Of a stretch of 64,000 nucleotides of DNA, positions 40,972-51,672 are shown one piece after another; the first letter of the stretch is position 1, and the number at the start of each line of letters is the position of its first letter. The stretch is taken from positions 5,520-69,519 of the forward strand of contig JBHEPH010000009.1 of assembly GCA_046260395.1 (NCBI GenBank), given 5' to 3'. The stretch is from Gemmatimonadales bacterium. Its GTDB lineage: Bacteria; Gemmatimonadota; Gemmatimonadetes; Gemmatimonadales; GWC2-71-9. Position numbers and translations under genes: made by a program. The notes below the pieces were generated by a model. The model was given only the letters and a program-made list of their open reading frames with translations. It made no database searches and was not told the origin of the DNA.

Positions 40972-41096
40972 GAAAAAATCTCCTGATTGCCTGAGCGCGC
41001 GGAGGCGGGCTGCGCGCTGCGATTCATGGAAGTCGTGGCTGGCGGTGTGGAATGCAGCCACCTGGCAGATAGACACGCCCAAGGGACGCGCCCCTT

Positions 41097-41138
41097 GGGA
41101 GCATACGGCCTGCCGCGGCGCTTGTAAACCCCGATGGA
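41097..41138 (-). promoter_or_regulatory. Duplicated promoter-like element, copy 1 (TTTACA-17-TATGCT)
   Basis: 38/42 identical to 47695..47736. Confidence 0.75.
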
Positions 41139-41151
41139 CTGCCCTGCTGGA

Positions 41152-41619
41152 CTACCGCCGCAGTGCCGCGATCCCCGCCGCGGCGATCTGTTCATCCTGC
41201 GCGCTGGTGACGCCGCTGACACCCACCGCACCGATGACGGTTCCCCCCACGTCGATCGGCAATCCGCCCTGCAACGCAGTGATCCCGTCCACGCTCAGGA
41301 AGGCCAGGTTTCCAGCGGCGAGCCCCTCGGCCAGTGCCCTGGTGGGGCGCCGCAGGCGGGCGGCGGTGCGCGCCTTGCCCTGGGCGATGTCAATGCTGCC
41401 CAGGTGCGCCCCATCCAATCGGCGGAAGGCCAGCAGGTCGCCGTGGGCGTCCACGATGGCGATGGAGACGTTCCAGTTGTTGCGCGCCGCCTCGGCTTCG
41501 GCGGCGTTCATCATCGCCTTCACCGCCTCCAGCGTGAGGACCGGGCGCTCGGCGAGCTGGGCGTGAGCCAGGCCGGGCCCGATGGCCAGGCCGGTCAGGA
41601 GCAGAAGGAAGCATCGCAT
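41152..41619 (-). CDS. GlcG/HbpS-family heme-binding protein, secreted
   Basis: VSIAIVDAHG, IAQGKARTA and GGLPI..IGAVGVSG..DEQIA motifs. Confidence 0.92.
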   Translation of the reverse strand: MRCFLLLLTGLAIGPGLAHAQLAERPVLTLEAVKAMMNAAEAEAARNNWNVSIAIVDAHGDLLAFRRLDGAHLGSIDIAQGKARTAARLRRPTRALAEGLAAGNLAFLSVDGITALQGGLPIDVGGTVIGAVGVSGVTSAQDEQIAAAGIAALRR

Positions 41620-41701
41620 TTGAGTCTCCGGGAGTGGGTGGGCGCAGGCTCGGGCAGGACGAATCCGCCCCGAGGGACCCTTCGAGTGTACGAAACCGCC
41701 G

Positions 41702-44380
41702 TCACCGGCCTGGAGCCTTGAGCTGTTGCCGAAGCTCCCGGAACCAGTTGAGCGTGATGAGGAAGCGCGCCGTGGCGGGATCGCCCTGGTCGGTCGAGGC
41801 GTCACTCGCGAAAATCGGAACGACAACCACGAACCGGGTGCCGTCGGGGTGCAGGTCCCAGTTGCCAATGCCGTCAATGTCCCCGATATACATCACCTCG
41901 GGTGTGCCGAAACGTCCCTCGGGCGCTCGGGTGACTCGGGCGCGGTAGATCGTGTCGATGCGGGCGTCCCCGCCCGCGTGTGACCACCAGAGGAAACCGC
42001 CGTCACGCGACCAGCGCGGCGAGGCGCTCTGGCCAAGGGTGATTCGCCATTTGTTCTCCGGCACCGGAAATTCGCGCACGAAGATCTCCGGGACCCCCCG
42101 TTCGGAGGATACCAACGCCGCCAGCCGGCCGTTGGTCGAGATCTGAGCATCAGACTCGCTCCAGGGAGCGTTCAGGTAGGGCCGCGGCGGTGCCTGGCCC
42201 GTGGGGTCCCACATCAGTAGATCAATGTTGTCCTGCTCACGATGGTTCAGCAGGATCAGGTCATCCCGCGGCCACGACGCCGGCCACTGGTTCCCTCCCA
42301 TCACCAACAGCTCGGTGGCCGGCCCGCTGCCGTCGGCCGGGACCACCCAGAGGTCCTCGCGGCTGTCGGGAGAGAGTCGGTTGAACACCAACCGACTCCC
42401 GTCGGGCGACCAGGCCGGGTCGTCATTGTCCCCCTCGGGGGTGAGCTCGAGGATGGTGCCGGTCACGATGTCCACCGTGAAGATCGCGCTCTGACCATTG
42501 CGGCCGTCCACCGGCATCTCATAGGCAATGCGCCGCCCATCCGGGGCGAAGCGCGGGGCCGCGCGACGCCCCGGAGGCAGGCGCAGCGTATCCGCTGCGG
42601 CCCCAGGCGTCACCACAACCATGAGGTTGGTGGCGCTGGTGGCGAAGGCCGCGGCCGGCGCGTCGTGGAGCACCAGCGTGCCGTTTCGAGCCACCGAGTA
42701 GCCGCGGGCCGACAGTGTGGCGCCCACTCGTGAAGCAAGTACCACGGGCGCGCCGATCGGCCTCGCGGCCTCGCGGTCAAATCGCACCGCCGCGAGCGCT
42801 CCCGACTCGCTGGTGAAGAGCAGTTTGTCCCCGTCCACCAACGAGACGTACCCCCCGCGCAAGCCGAGGCGCTGCACTGTGTCGGCCACGAAGTCGCGAA
42901 AGGAAAGGTCCCAGTTCTCGCTGAAAAGGACACCGGAGCCATCAGGCAGCAGGAAGGGCATCCGGCCCGTCACCCCCGCCAGCAGTTCCGGCGTCCCGCC
43001 CCCAGCTCCGATTCGGAAGGTTCCTTGGGGCGAACTGAAGACGATCCATTCATCGGTTCCCCAGTGCGGGGAGGAGGGGCTGATCGCCCCGCGGGGCACC
43101 AGGGTGATGGCACCACCCCCCGAGACCGACACCTTCACCAGCTCACTCGTGGTGTTGCGCCGGAAGACGATCCACTCCCCGTCAGGCGAGAACGAGGGGG
43201 TGGTGCCGTTTTCCGTGCCCGGAATCTTGGCGAACGCCACGTCGCCCTCGAGACGCCGGAGGTAGATCGCCTGTTCGCCGTTGACCTGGCCGGCCACGGC
43301 CAGCAGACTCCCATCCGGCGAGACCACGACGTGCCGGGGGGACGGGTCCACGGCGCCGAGGTTCACGTCGAGCCGTACCAGCGGGGGCTCGGGCGCGCGG
43401 CGCAGCCATCCCGCGATGGCCGCGGTCGCCAGCACCGCGGCCACACCCCAGGGCAGCCAGGTCCGCCGGACGTCCGCGGCAGTCATCCCCCCCGCCACGG
43501 TGGCGTACGCCGTCGCCCCGTAGGTGAAACCCGGACTGGCCAGCGCCTCCGCGAAGGCGCGGGCGGTGTCGAACCGATCGGCCGGCAGCTTCTCCAGCGC
43601 CTGCGCCAGTGCCGCGGCGACGTGCGGCGGCACGTTGCGGCGCAGCTCCGTCACCGGCCGCGCGCGGTCGGTGATGATCTTCATGATCACCGCCTGCGCG
43701 GATCCGCCGGTGTGGGGCGGCTCGCCGGCGAGCATCTCAAAGAGCACGGTGGCGAGCGAGTAGACATCGGAGCGGGCGCTGATGTCCTTGTCGGCGGTGG
43801 CCTGCTCGGGGCTCATGTAGTGCGGGGTGCCCAAGCTGAGCCCTGTCTCGGTCATCCGGCCGCCCGCCGCGGCACTCACCGCCAGGGCAATCCCGAAGTC
43901 CATCACCATCGCCCGCCCGTCGTGCAGCAGGATGTTCTCGGGTTTGATGTCGCGGTGGATGACGCCGTGGCGGTGGGCATAGTCGAGCGCATCGGCCACT
44001 TCCCGCGTGATCCGCACCGCCTCGGCCACACCGAGCTGGGTCTGCCGGTTGAGCCGGTCGCGGATCGTCTCGCCCTCGATGAAGGGCATGACGTAGAACA
44101 TGTAGGGGCCGGAGTGGTCCGGCCCGTACACGGAGCCCGAGTCGAACAGCGGCAGGATGTGCGGGTGGCTCAGCGCCGCCGTGGTCTTGATCTCCTGCAC
44201 AAACCGCTCGGCGCCGAGCACCGCCGCGAGGTCCGGCTTGAGCACCTTGATGGCCACCTGGCGGTCATGCTTGATGTCTTCGGCGAGGTACACCGTAGCC
44301 ATCCCGCCCTGGCCGAGCTCGCGCTCGAGGCGGTAGCGGTCGGAAAGGGCGGCGGTGAGGCGGTCCAGTGGGGCACTCAC
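41702..44380 (-). CDS. Receptor-type Ser/Thr protein kinase K7
   Basis: Hanks motifs, TM LPWGVAAVLATAAIAGWL and propeller repeats. GTGA overlap with K8. Confidence 0.95.
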   Translation of the reverse strand: MSAPLDRLTAALSDRYRLERELGQGGMATVYLAEDIKHDRQVAIKVLKPDLAAVLGAERFVQEIKTTAALSHPHILPLFDSGSVYGPDHSGPYMFYVMPFIEGETIRDRLNRQTQLGVAEAVRITREVADALDYAHRHGVIHRDIKPENILLHDGRAMVMDFGIALAVSAAAGGRMTETGLSLGTPHYMSPEQATADKDISARSDVYSLATVLFEMLAGEPPHTGGSAQAVIMKIITDRARPVTELRRNVPPHVAAALAQALEKLPADRFDTARAFAEALASPGFTYGATAYATVAGGMTAADVRRTWLPWGVAAVLATAAIAGWLRRAPEPPLVRLDVNLGAVDPSPRHVVVSPDGSLLAVAGQVNGEQAIYLRRLEGDVAFAKIPGTENGTTPSFSPDGEWIVFRRNTTSELVKVSVSGGGAITLVPRGAISPSSPHWGTDEWIVFSSPQGTFRIGAGGGTPELLAGVTGRMPFLLPDGSGVLFSENWDLSFRDFVADTVQRLGLRGGYVSLVDGDKLLFTSESGALAAVRFDREAARPIGAPVVLASRVGATLSARGYSVARNGTLVLHDAPAAAFATSATNLMVVVTPGAAADTLRLPPGRRAAPRFAPDGRRIAYEMPVDGRNGQSAIFTVDIVTGTILELTPEGDNDDPAWSPDGSRLVFNRLSPDSREDLWVVPADGSGPATELLVMGGNQWPASWPRDDLILLNHREQDNIDLLMWDPTGQAPPRPYLNAPWSESDAQISTNGRLAALVSSERGVPEIFVREFPVPENKWRITLGQSASPRWSRDGGFLWWSHAGGDARIDTIYRARVTRAPEGRFGTPEVMYIGDIDGIGNWDLHPDGTRFVVVVPIFASDASTDQGDPATARFLITLNWFRELRQQLKAPGR

Positions 44381-46986
44381 TTGTTGGCCTCAGCCACCGC
44401 TCGCTTCATCCGCTCTACCCAGTTGGGGATGACCCGCAGATAGGGGGCTGGCCTCTGCGGCGCCCCTTGGACATAGACCACCCGCCCCTCGGGTGTCAGC
44501 GCAAACGATTGTCCCGGCGTGCTGACTAATCGGGGCGCATCGAACCAGTGCGCGGCGGTGGCGCCGGGCGGGTCTCCGCCTGCACGCACCAGAACGCGGT
44601 GGAAGGCGGTCGGACTGCCGTATTCGGGGTACACGAACTCACTCGGGGAAAGCCACTGCGCGCCTTCCATCGAGCCCGGGGCGACCTGGGTACGACGGCC
44701 GGTACGGGGGAGCGCCTCCACCCACAACTCACTGATAGTGCTCGAATTGTAGGCGACCCATCGCCCATCCGGCGAGACCGTAACGAACGAGGCGTTACTC
44801 ACCAGTGTATCAACGGTCAGCGGCCGTTCCTTGACGTGCAGCGCCATGGCAATCCCAGTCCCCCACTCCACCCCGACCAGACGTCCATCGGCCAGCCAGC
44901 GGAAGCCCTCGAACGTGCCATTGGACCATGGCAGGGCCTGGGGCAGCCCCACCGCGTCGGGAGAGCTCAGGAAGAGCGAACCCCGGGTCTGAATCAGGAT
45001 CTCGTCGCCGCCGGGACTCCAGACTGGCTGGCTGATCTCCAATTCCCGGGACACGACCTGGTGCCTGCCGGTCGGCAGGTCATAGATCCGCAGTTGCTGG
45101 CCGTCGAGTACCTCGACGACGGCAGCCAATCGCCTGCCATCTGGGCTCAAGCTGAAGCGGAGAAATGCCTCCTGCCCGAACGGCAGTGTGTCCAGCGACT
45201 GGTCGGTGGCGCTGACCAAATGGCCGATGGCTTTATCGCTCCCCATCGCGTAGACCAGTGTCCCTGATGCGGCAATGTCATAGGTGCCCGCTCCGGTATA
45301 CGCCTGCCGGTCAAGCCCGGATAGCATCCGAACCGGCCGCCCGACGCGCCCGGACACCAGATCAACCGGGGCGGCAAAGAGGTCGCCGCCCACCGACAGG
45401 TAGGTCAGGTAGCGACCCTCAATCAGCCGAAAATGCGACCCGACGACCCGCGCCGAATCGGGGCCCAAGGTCCAGAGTGGCAGAAAGGTTGTACTGTCTG
45501 CGGGATCCACCCGGTACGCGGTCTTGACGCCACCACCACCGCAGAGCAGCAGCTCTGAGTCAGGCAACCCTGACGGGAGGATGCAGTATGTAATGCGTCG
45601 GCTGACAGCAGATCCGCCCCCCGGATCGAGCCATCGAGCCAGGATCCCGTCGCCCTCCACCAGCAGGAGCCGGCCATCGGGCAACCAGTCCAGGCTGGCC
45701 GAGGCCCGTCCCTGGGCGAGGACTGTTCCGCGCCCCCCACCCACCGGCATCACCTCCACAGTCCAACTCGCGTCTCCCCCTCGCAGGAACGCAACCTGGG
45801 TTCCATCGAGTGAAATCCTGGGGTGGCGGGCGTTCTCCGACCCAGCGATCCGGCGTGAGGTGGCGTCCAGCAGACTGCGGTACCAGAGGCCCCCACCTTC
45901 CTCGTTGACCACCTCATACACCACGAAGTCTCCGGCAGGGGACACGGAAAACGGCGAGTACCTGTCTCCCCGCATCTCCGCGCCGTCCGGGAGACCAACG
46001 TCATACTCGGACGGCCCGATGCCATCGGCAGGCTTGAGCAGCGCCCACGTCACCGCGGCCACGGCAACGATGGCCACTATCGCAAAGAGCGGTCCAGGCA
46101 CACCGGTAGTGGCTGAGGGCCCCGCGGCTGACGCCATCCTCCTTCTGGTGAAGGTGGGGTTGGTCAACGACTCGGCGAACTCCCGCGCCGTCCCGAACCG
46201 ATCCGCCGGCAACTTCTCCAGCGCCTGCGCCACCGCCGCCGCCACGTGCTCCGGCACCGCCTTCCGCAGCTTCGAAACCGGCGCCGCCTCCTCCGTCACG
46301 ATCTTCATGATGATCTGCTGCGCCGTGGCCCCGGTGTGCGGCGGGTTCCCCGTCAGCATCTCGTACAGCACACAGCCCAGCGAGTAGATATCCGAGCGTC
46401 CGGTAATCTCCCGCTCCGCCGTGGCCTGCTCCGGGCTCATGTAGTGCGGCGTGCCGAGACTGAGGCCGGTCTCGGTCATCCGGCCCCCCGCCGCCGCACT
46501 CACCGCCAGGGCGATGCCGAAGTCCGCCACCGTCGCCCGGCCGTCGTGCAGCAGGATGTTCTCCGGCTTGATGTCGCGGTGGATCACCCCGTGCCGGTGG
46601 GCATAGTCCAGCGCGTCCGCCACCTCGCGAGCAATGCGGACCGCCTCATCAATGCCGAGTTGTGTTTCGCGGTCCAGTTTGCTCCGCAGCGTCTCGCCCT
46701 GGACGAACGGCATGACATAGTAGAGGAAGCCGTCGGCCGCGCCCGAATCGAACAGCGGCAGGATGTGGGGGTGCTGGAGGGCCGCGGTGGTCTTGATCTC
46801 AGTGATGAAACGCTCGGCGCCCAGGACCGCCGCCAGGTCCGGCTTGAGGACCTTGATCGCCACCCGACGGTCATGCTTGAGGTCCTGGGCCAGGTACACG
46901 GTGGCCATGCCGCCCGCACCGAGCTCGCGCTCGAGGCGGTAGCCTGGACTGAGGGCGCTCACGAGGCGGGCCGGCAGATCCGTCAT
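44377..46986 (-). CDS. Receptor-type Ser/Thr protein kinase K8
   Basis: Start MTDLPARLVSALSPGYRLERELG. Hanks motifs, TM helix and a divergent propeller. Confidence 0.95.
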   Translation of the reverse strand: MTDLPARLVSALSPGYRLERELGAGGMATVYLAQDLKHDRRVAIKVLKPDLAAVLGAERFITEIKTTAALQHPHILPLFDSGAADGFLYYVMPFVQGETLRSKLDRETQLGIDEAVRIAREVADALDYAHRHGVIHRDIKPENILLHDGRATVADFGIALAVSAAAGGRMTETGLSLGTPHYMSPEQATAEREITGRSDIYSLGCVLYEMLTGNPPHTGATAQQIIMKIVTEEAAPVSKLRKAVPEHVAAAVAQALEKLPADRFGTAREFAESLTNPTFTRRRMASAAGPSATTGVPGPLFAIVAIVAVAAVTWALLKPADGIGPSEYDVGLPDGAEMRGDRYSPFSVSPAGDFVVYEVVNEEGGGLWYRSLLDATSRRIAGSENARHPRISLDGTQVAFLRGGDASWTVEVMPVGGGRGTVLAQGRASASLDWLPDGRLLLVEGDGILARWLDPGGGSAVSRRITYCILPSGLPDSELLLCGGGGVKTAYRVDPADSTTFLPLWTLGPDSARVVGSHFRLIEGRYLTYLSVGGDLFAAPVDLVSGRVGRPVRMLSGLDRQAYTGAGTYDIAASGTLVYAMGSDKAIGHLVSATDQSLDTLPFGQEAFLRFSLSPDGRRLAAVVEVLDGQQLRIYDLPTGRHQVVSRELEISQPVWSPGGDEILIQTRGSLFLSSPDAVGLPQALPWSNGTFEGFRWLADGRLVGVEWGTGIAMALHVKERPLTVDTLVSNASFVTVSPDGRWVAYNSSTISELWVEALPRTGRRTQVAPGSMEGAQWLSPSEFVYPEYGSPTAFHRVLVRAGGDPPGATAAHWFDAPRLVSTPGQSFALTPEGRVVYVQGAPQRPAPYLRVIPNWVERMKRAVAEANK

Positions 46987-47115
46987 TGGATTCCGGAGAG
47001 GGAGACCATCGAAGTTACGATCCGGCGGCACCAGGCGCCAGATAGTGCTGCACGGCCATCGCCGAAGTGACGGTCAGCACACCGCCTGCAGTCCCCGTGC
47101 AACGGCTGAGCGGGG

Positions 47116-47565
47116 CTAGCCTCCGGCCACTGACAGCAAGCCGGCAGTCAACGCCCCGCGACGACCCTCGCATTCGTCCCCAATCAGGTGGAACTGCCAC
47201 CCGTCGTCCGTCCGCGCCACGTGATAGTGCCCGTTGATCGGCGCGTCGTTGGCGCGGCAAGCGTAGGGCCCCGCCTCATCATGGAAGATGACTTCCTCCA
47301 GGGTCGGACGTGCCACGTGCGTCCGTACGTGGAGTTCGCCATTCTGGGTGAACTCCGCCCAGTCGTCAGCCCCCAGGACCACGCGCAGCACCACCGGGCC
47401 GTCCGGGCCCTGGGTGGTAAGGTTGTACGAACCACTGGGCAGGAGGTGCGCCGGCGGTGCGGGAGCCTCCTCAGGGACCTCCGCCCCTTCCTCAGCGGCC
47501 GGAGTGCAGGCGAACGCCAGCAGCGCAAGGGACACGGTGGCCACCAGTGTCGGAACACGTTTCAT
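47116..47565 (-). CDS. Hypothetical lipoprotein
   Basis: Lipobox LAFAC, AGGAG RBS and two further Cys. Confidence 0.75.
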   Translation of the reverse strand: MKRVPTLVATVSLALLAFACTPAAEEGAEVPEEAPAPPAHLLPSGSYNLTTQGPDGPVVLRVVLGADDWAEFTQNGELHVRTHVARPTLEEVIFHDEAGPYACRANDAPINGHYHVARTDDGWQFHLIGDECEGRRGALTAGLLSVAGG

Positions 47566-47694
47566 GGCGTTGCTCCTGTCAGCGGGAAAGTGACCTTCAC
47601 CCTGCCTCAGCAGGGCACGGAGGGTGTCCTATACCCAGTACACGGTCTGCCGTGTGCACGAGCGCCGAATCACCGGCGCGGCTGGTGGCCTTCG

Positions 47695-47736
47695 GGGAGC
47701 ATACGGCCTGCCGCGGCTCGGGTAAACCCCAATGGA
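47695..47736 (-). promoter_or_regulatory. Duplicated promoter-like element, copy 2 (TTTACC-17-TATGCT)
   Basis: 38/42 identical to 41097..41138. Confidence 0.75.
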
Positions 47737-47737
47737 A

Positions 47738-49420
47738 TCAGGGCCACCTTGGCGCCCGATGCGTCTCCCGCCCGCCCATCACCGTCAGCAGCACCTCGGC
47801 GTCCAGGAGCCCCGACAGCGGACCGCTGAAGATGTCCGTGGAGAGGACGACGAAATCGGCCAGTTTGCCGGGCGCAAGCGTCCCCAGCTCATGCTCGCGG
47901 ACCGCGGCGTACGCGGAGCCCCAGGTGTAATGCCGGAGGGCCGCTTCGACGGAGATCCGCTCGTCGGGATACCATCCTCCCGGTGGGATTCCATCCGGAA
48001 GCTGCCGGGTGACCGCGGTGTAGATCCCCAGCAACGGGCTGATCGGAAAGACCGGGTAGTCGCTGCCGAAGGCCTGGATGGCACCGGCATCGTCCAGCGA
48101 CCGGAAGGGCATCGCCCGTGCGGCGCGCTCCGGTCCGAGCTTCGGCGCATAATTCGTGAGCGTCGTGGCATCAGGTGTCACGAAGATCGCCTGGGTGGAG
48201 GCCACCACGCCCAGCGCCGCGAAGCGGGGGAGGTCCAAGGGCGCCGGCACCTCCAGGTGCTCCACGCGGTGCCGGCGCTCCCCGGGGCCGCTGACGCGCT
48301 GCGCGTACTCAAACGCATCCAAGGCCATGCGGATGGCGCGGTCCCCGATGGCGTGCAACTGAACCTGGATGCCGCCGGAATGGTACCGGGCCACGGTGCG
48401 GTTGAGTTCCTCCTGCTCCCACATTGGGATCCCGGAGCCCTCTCCGGTTGCGAACGGCGCCAGCATGGCGGCGGTCCCACCGTCCACCGTGCCGTCCAGC
48501 ATGCCTTTCGCCACACCGTAGCGCAGGTAGGGCCCCTGATGCGCCCGGTGCTGGTACAGGTAGCGAGTGATGACCGAGTCGTGCGCCGCCGCGGAGAACG
48601 GCACGGCGATACGCACGCGCAGGAGCATGGAATCCGCCTCGACGGCGCGGTTCAGTGCCTGGGTGAGCGCGTCGCTCGGCGCGTTGGCCACCTGCACCGC
48701 CGTCAACCCAAGCGCGGCCATCCGGTGCATCTCAGCCATGAAACCCGCGTACACCTCATCAATGCCAGGGGGCGGGATCAATCGGCTCACCAGGCGCATG
48801 GCCGCGCCTTCCTTGAGAAGACCAGTGGGCGCGCCGTCCGCGTCACGGCCAATCTCCCCACCGGCGGGGTCCGGCGTTGTGGACATGACCTCCGCCAGCG
48901 CCAGCGCCGCTGTGTTCGCCAGGGCCAGGTGGCCGTCACGGTCGGTGATCAGCACCGGCCGATCGGGGAAGGCGGCATCGAGGAAACGTCGGTGCGGGCG
49001 TTGCTCAGGGAAGGCTACCGGTGTCCAGCCGCGGCCGGTGAGCCAGGCGTCAGCAGGGAGATCTTCCGCGAACGCCTGGAGGCGCGCGACGATCTCCTCG
49101 GGTCCGGCCGCATCCGTCAGATCCGCGGTCCGCCGAGCGGGAAAGTGCATGTGCGCATCATGGAAGCCCGGCACGACGCGACGGCCGCCGAGATCTTCGA
49201 TCAACGTGTTTCGCCCGCGAAGGGTGCGGACCTCGGCGTCCGTGCCGACCGCCACGATCCGGTCCCCCGTGATGGCCAGCGCCTGTACCTCAGGGTTGGC
49301 CGAGTCGCCAGTCCAGACGCGACCGTTGTGGAGGATGCGGTCCGGGCCGTCGCCGGTGGGGCCGCAGGCGGCCAGCAGCAGGACTCCAAAGTACGCTGCG
49401 GCTGGGATAAAGCGGTGCAT
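47738..49420 (-). CDS. Amidohydrolase-3 (YtcJ-like) lipoprotein
   Basis: LLAAC, VPGFHDAHMH, LHAIGDRA, RHRVEH, FGSDYP and GKLADFVVL motifs. Confidence 0.94.
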   Translation of the reverse strand: MHRFIPAAAYFGVLLLAACGPTGDGPDRILHNGRVWTGDSANPEVQALAITGDRIVAVGTDAEVRTLRGRNTLIEDLGGRRVVPGFHDAHMHFPARRTADLTDAAGPEEIVARLQAFAEDLPADAWLTGRGWTPVAFPEQRPHRRFLDAAFPDRPVLITDRDGHLALANTAALALAEVMSTTPDPAGGEIGRDADGAPTGLLKEGAAMRLVSRLIPPPGIDEVYAGFMAEMHRMAALGLTAVQVANAPSDALTQALNRAVEADSMLLRVRIAVPFSAAAHDSVITRYLYQHRAHQGPYLRYGVAKGMLDGTVDGGTAAMLAPFATGEGSGIPMWEQEELNRTVARYHSGGIQVQLHAIGDRAIRMALDAFEYAQRVSGPGERRHRVEHLEVPAPLDLPRFAALGVVASTQAIFVTPDATTLTNYAPKLGPERAARAMPFRSLDDAGAIQAFGSDYPVFPISPLLGIYTAVTRQLPDGIPPGGWYPDERISVEAALRHYTWGSAYAAVREHELGTLAPGKLADFVVLSTDIFSGPLSGLLDAEVLLTVMGGRETHRAPRWP

Positions 49421-49542
49421 GCGCCTATTCCGTCACGAAGTGTCCCATGCACTCCCGGGCGGGAATACATGGGACAGGTTATCGCCTCGGCGCTGTCATG
49501 TAAAGCGGCACCGCCCGGGATGCCACTCCGAGCCGGCTCAGG

Positions 49543-49959
49543 TCACATCCAGCCGACCTGTTTGAGGCTGTGGACGTCGTTCCAGATCTTGGTCATGTGG
49601 CGGATCCGGTCACCCTCGAACTGCATGGCGTAGACGTAGTCGGCCTCGACCGCGCGGCCGGTCGCCGGCACCGGGCCATGGTCCCCAGTGTGGGTTCCGC
49701 GGAAGACGGCAAACCCCAGCGCGATCTTGCGCGCCTCGTCCACGGCAAACGCCTTGAGCTCGTAGCGGGCGTCCGGCACCGGGGTGAACATCCCCTTCAT
49801 CCACTCCGTATAGGCCTCGAGGGTGGTCACGTCCGTCAGTGCGTCGGCCTGAGCGGAGAAGGTGGCCCCGGGGTGACAGAACTCCCGGCACACCTCCCAG
49901 CCCTTTCCCGTCTCGCAGGCATCGAAAAACCGTTCGGCGGTTGATTGCAGCGTGCTCAT
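49543..49959 (-). CDS. SnoaL-like/NTF2-fold (ester cyclase-like) protein
   Basis: FFDACETGKGW, GTHTG..GPVPATGR and IRHMTKIWND. AAGGAG RBS. Confidence 0.88.
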   Translation of the reverse strand: MSTLQSTAERFFDACETGKGWEVCREFCHPGATFSAQADALTDVTTLEAYTEWMKGMFTPVPDARYELKAFAVDEARKIALGFAVFRGTHTGDHGPVPATGRAVEADYVYAMQFEGDRIRHMTKIWNDVHSLKQVGWM

Positions 49960-50144
49960 GTGGCAACTCCTTTGAAGGCGTCCAGTCCATATCGAGACAC
50001 ACGAAACCCGGCCGAAGGCCCGGTTCGTGGGATGGTACCGCCTGGATCGGGTGATGTAAAGTCGCTCCAGGAACCATGCAGCACTCCGGCCGGCGGCTAT
50101 TGCGACACGTGCCACCGACCGGAATCCTGCTCAACCCCCTTCGG

Positions 50145-51626
50145 TCACCGCGGCAGCCATGCGGGGAACGCCTTCTCCGTGCCATCAGCCGTCCGCTGAG
50201 CCACGCGCCACGGACCCTCTCCGGTGAACGCGGTGAACACCTCGTAGACACCGGTGGCAGTCGGGCGCGCCAGGAAGGCGATCTGCGACCCGTCCGGCGA
50301 CCAGGCCGGTGCCATCGCCTGGGCCGGACTACTCACCAGAACGCTCACGCTCCCAGTGCCGACATGCACGCGGCTGAGGCGGGCAAAAAAGCCGATTCGC
50401 ACGAAAGCAATCCAGTCCCCGTCTGGCGACCAGGCCGGCTGCATGTCGATGACCTCGCCGCTGGTATGCTGGCGAGCCCCCGTGCCATCGGGCCGAATCG
50501 ACCAGATGTGCCCAATGCCTGACTTCTCCCGTGTATAGGCAATCCAGTTGCTGCCCGGTGACCAGGTTGGGTGGTTGAGGTTCACATCCGCCTCGACCGG
50601 GGTGACCGGTCTCCGCTCAGTGCCATCGGGGCGCATCACCCAGATACGCCCCGGCTCGCCCGGCTCGGCGTGCCGGAAGGCGATGTACTCCCCATCGGGA
50701 CTCCACGCGGGCGCAGCCTCCTGGGCATGGTCGAACATGATGTCCGTCCCGGAAAGCATCGTCACCACGCCGGTGGCCCGGTCGAGAACGTGGACCTTCC
50801 AGGCACCCGACCAGTTCAACCTGACGAAGGCAATCCTGCTACCATCGGGTGAGGCCGTCGGGCGGGAACCCGTCACGTTGCCCGGCGCCAGCATCGCGAC
50901 CGTGCGCAGGGGGTCGCGCGGATCCACCGTCCCGAGCACCGGGGGCGCGCCGGGCACACCGCCCCACATGTTGAAAACCAGGTCGTGTGACAACGTGCTC
51001 GTAACCTGCACCGTCGCGGACGCCTCCTTGCCATGTACGCGAACGGTGACGACCGCCGTCCCGGGTCGGAGCGCCGTGGCCAGCCCGAGCGCGCCGACCG
51101 TGACGATCTCCGGATGGCTCGACGACCAGTGCATGCCGAGCCCGTTCACCGGCGCACCGGCTGGGGTGCGCGGAGTGGCGACAAACCCGTGGCTCTTACC
51201 CTCGATCAGGTCCAGTGCGAGGACATCCAGGTCAACGCGGTCCACAATGACCGGACCGGCAGGGGCATTCACGGTGATCACGCCCTGCCCCGACTTGCCT
51301 CCGATCGTGGCAGTGATCGTTGCGACGCCTTGGTCAACTGCCGTGACGGTCCCGTTCGCCGACACGGTGGCGACCGCCGGAGCGTTGCTGCTCCACGCCA
51401 CTGCCGCCGCGGGAAGCGAAGCACCCTGCGCATCCCTGGGAATGGCAATCAGGAGCTGGGTCTGCCCGGGAGTCAGGGCCCCTTGATCGGGACTCACCTG
51501 CACCGACGCCACGGCGACGGGCGGTGGTGGTGGCGGCGGTGGGCCGACGGTGTCGTCGGTGCTGCAGCTTGCGAGCGAGAGACTGAGCAGAGCTGCGGTG
51601 GTGGACCATCGAACGACGTCGTGCAT
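50145..51626 (-). CDS. Lipoprotein with two Big_2 Ig-like domains and a TolB/PD40 propeller
   Basis: SLASC lipobox, WSSNAPAVATVS and WSSSHPEIVTV, and repeated PAWSPDG. Confidence 0.9.
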   Translation of the reverse strand: MHDVVRWSTTAALLSLSLASCSTDDTVGPPPPPPPPVAVASVQVSPDQGALTPGQTQLLIAIPRDAQGASLPAAAVAWSSNAPAVATVSANGTVTAVDQGVATITATIGGKSGQGVITVNAPAGPVIVDRVDLDVLALDLIEGKSHGFVATPRTPAGAPVNGLGMHWSSSHPEIVTVGALGLATALRPGTAVVTVRVHGKEASATVQVTSTLSHDLVFNMWGGVPGAPPVLGTVDPRDPLRTVAMLAPGNVTGSRPTASPDGSRIAFVRLNWSGAWKVHVLDRATGVVTMLSGTDIMFDHAQEAAPAWSPDGEYIAFRHAEPGEPGRIWVMRPDGTERRPVTPVEADVNLNHPTWSPGSNWIAYTREKSGIGHIWSIRPDGTGARQHTSGEVIDMQPAWSPDGDWIAFVRIGFFARLSRVHVGTGSVSVLVSSPAQAMAPAWSPDGSQIAFLARPTATGVYEVFTAFTGEGPWRVAQRTADGTEKAFPAWLPR

Positions 51627-51672
51627 GGGTAGTTCCTCCGAGAATGGGTTGGCGGATGAAGGGATGAGAAGG

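Noticed and set aside
49995-50030. Hairpin with a CUUCGG loop upstream of the SnoaL-like gene as a possible riboswitch
   Set aside because: No recognisable aptamer consensus. It is more simply a 5' stabilising stem after a TACCAT -10 box.
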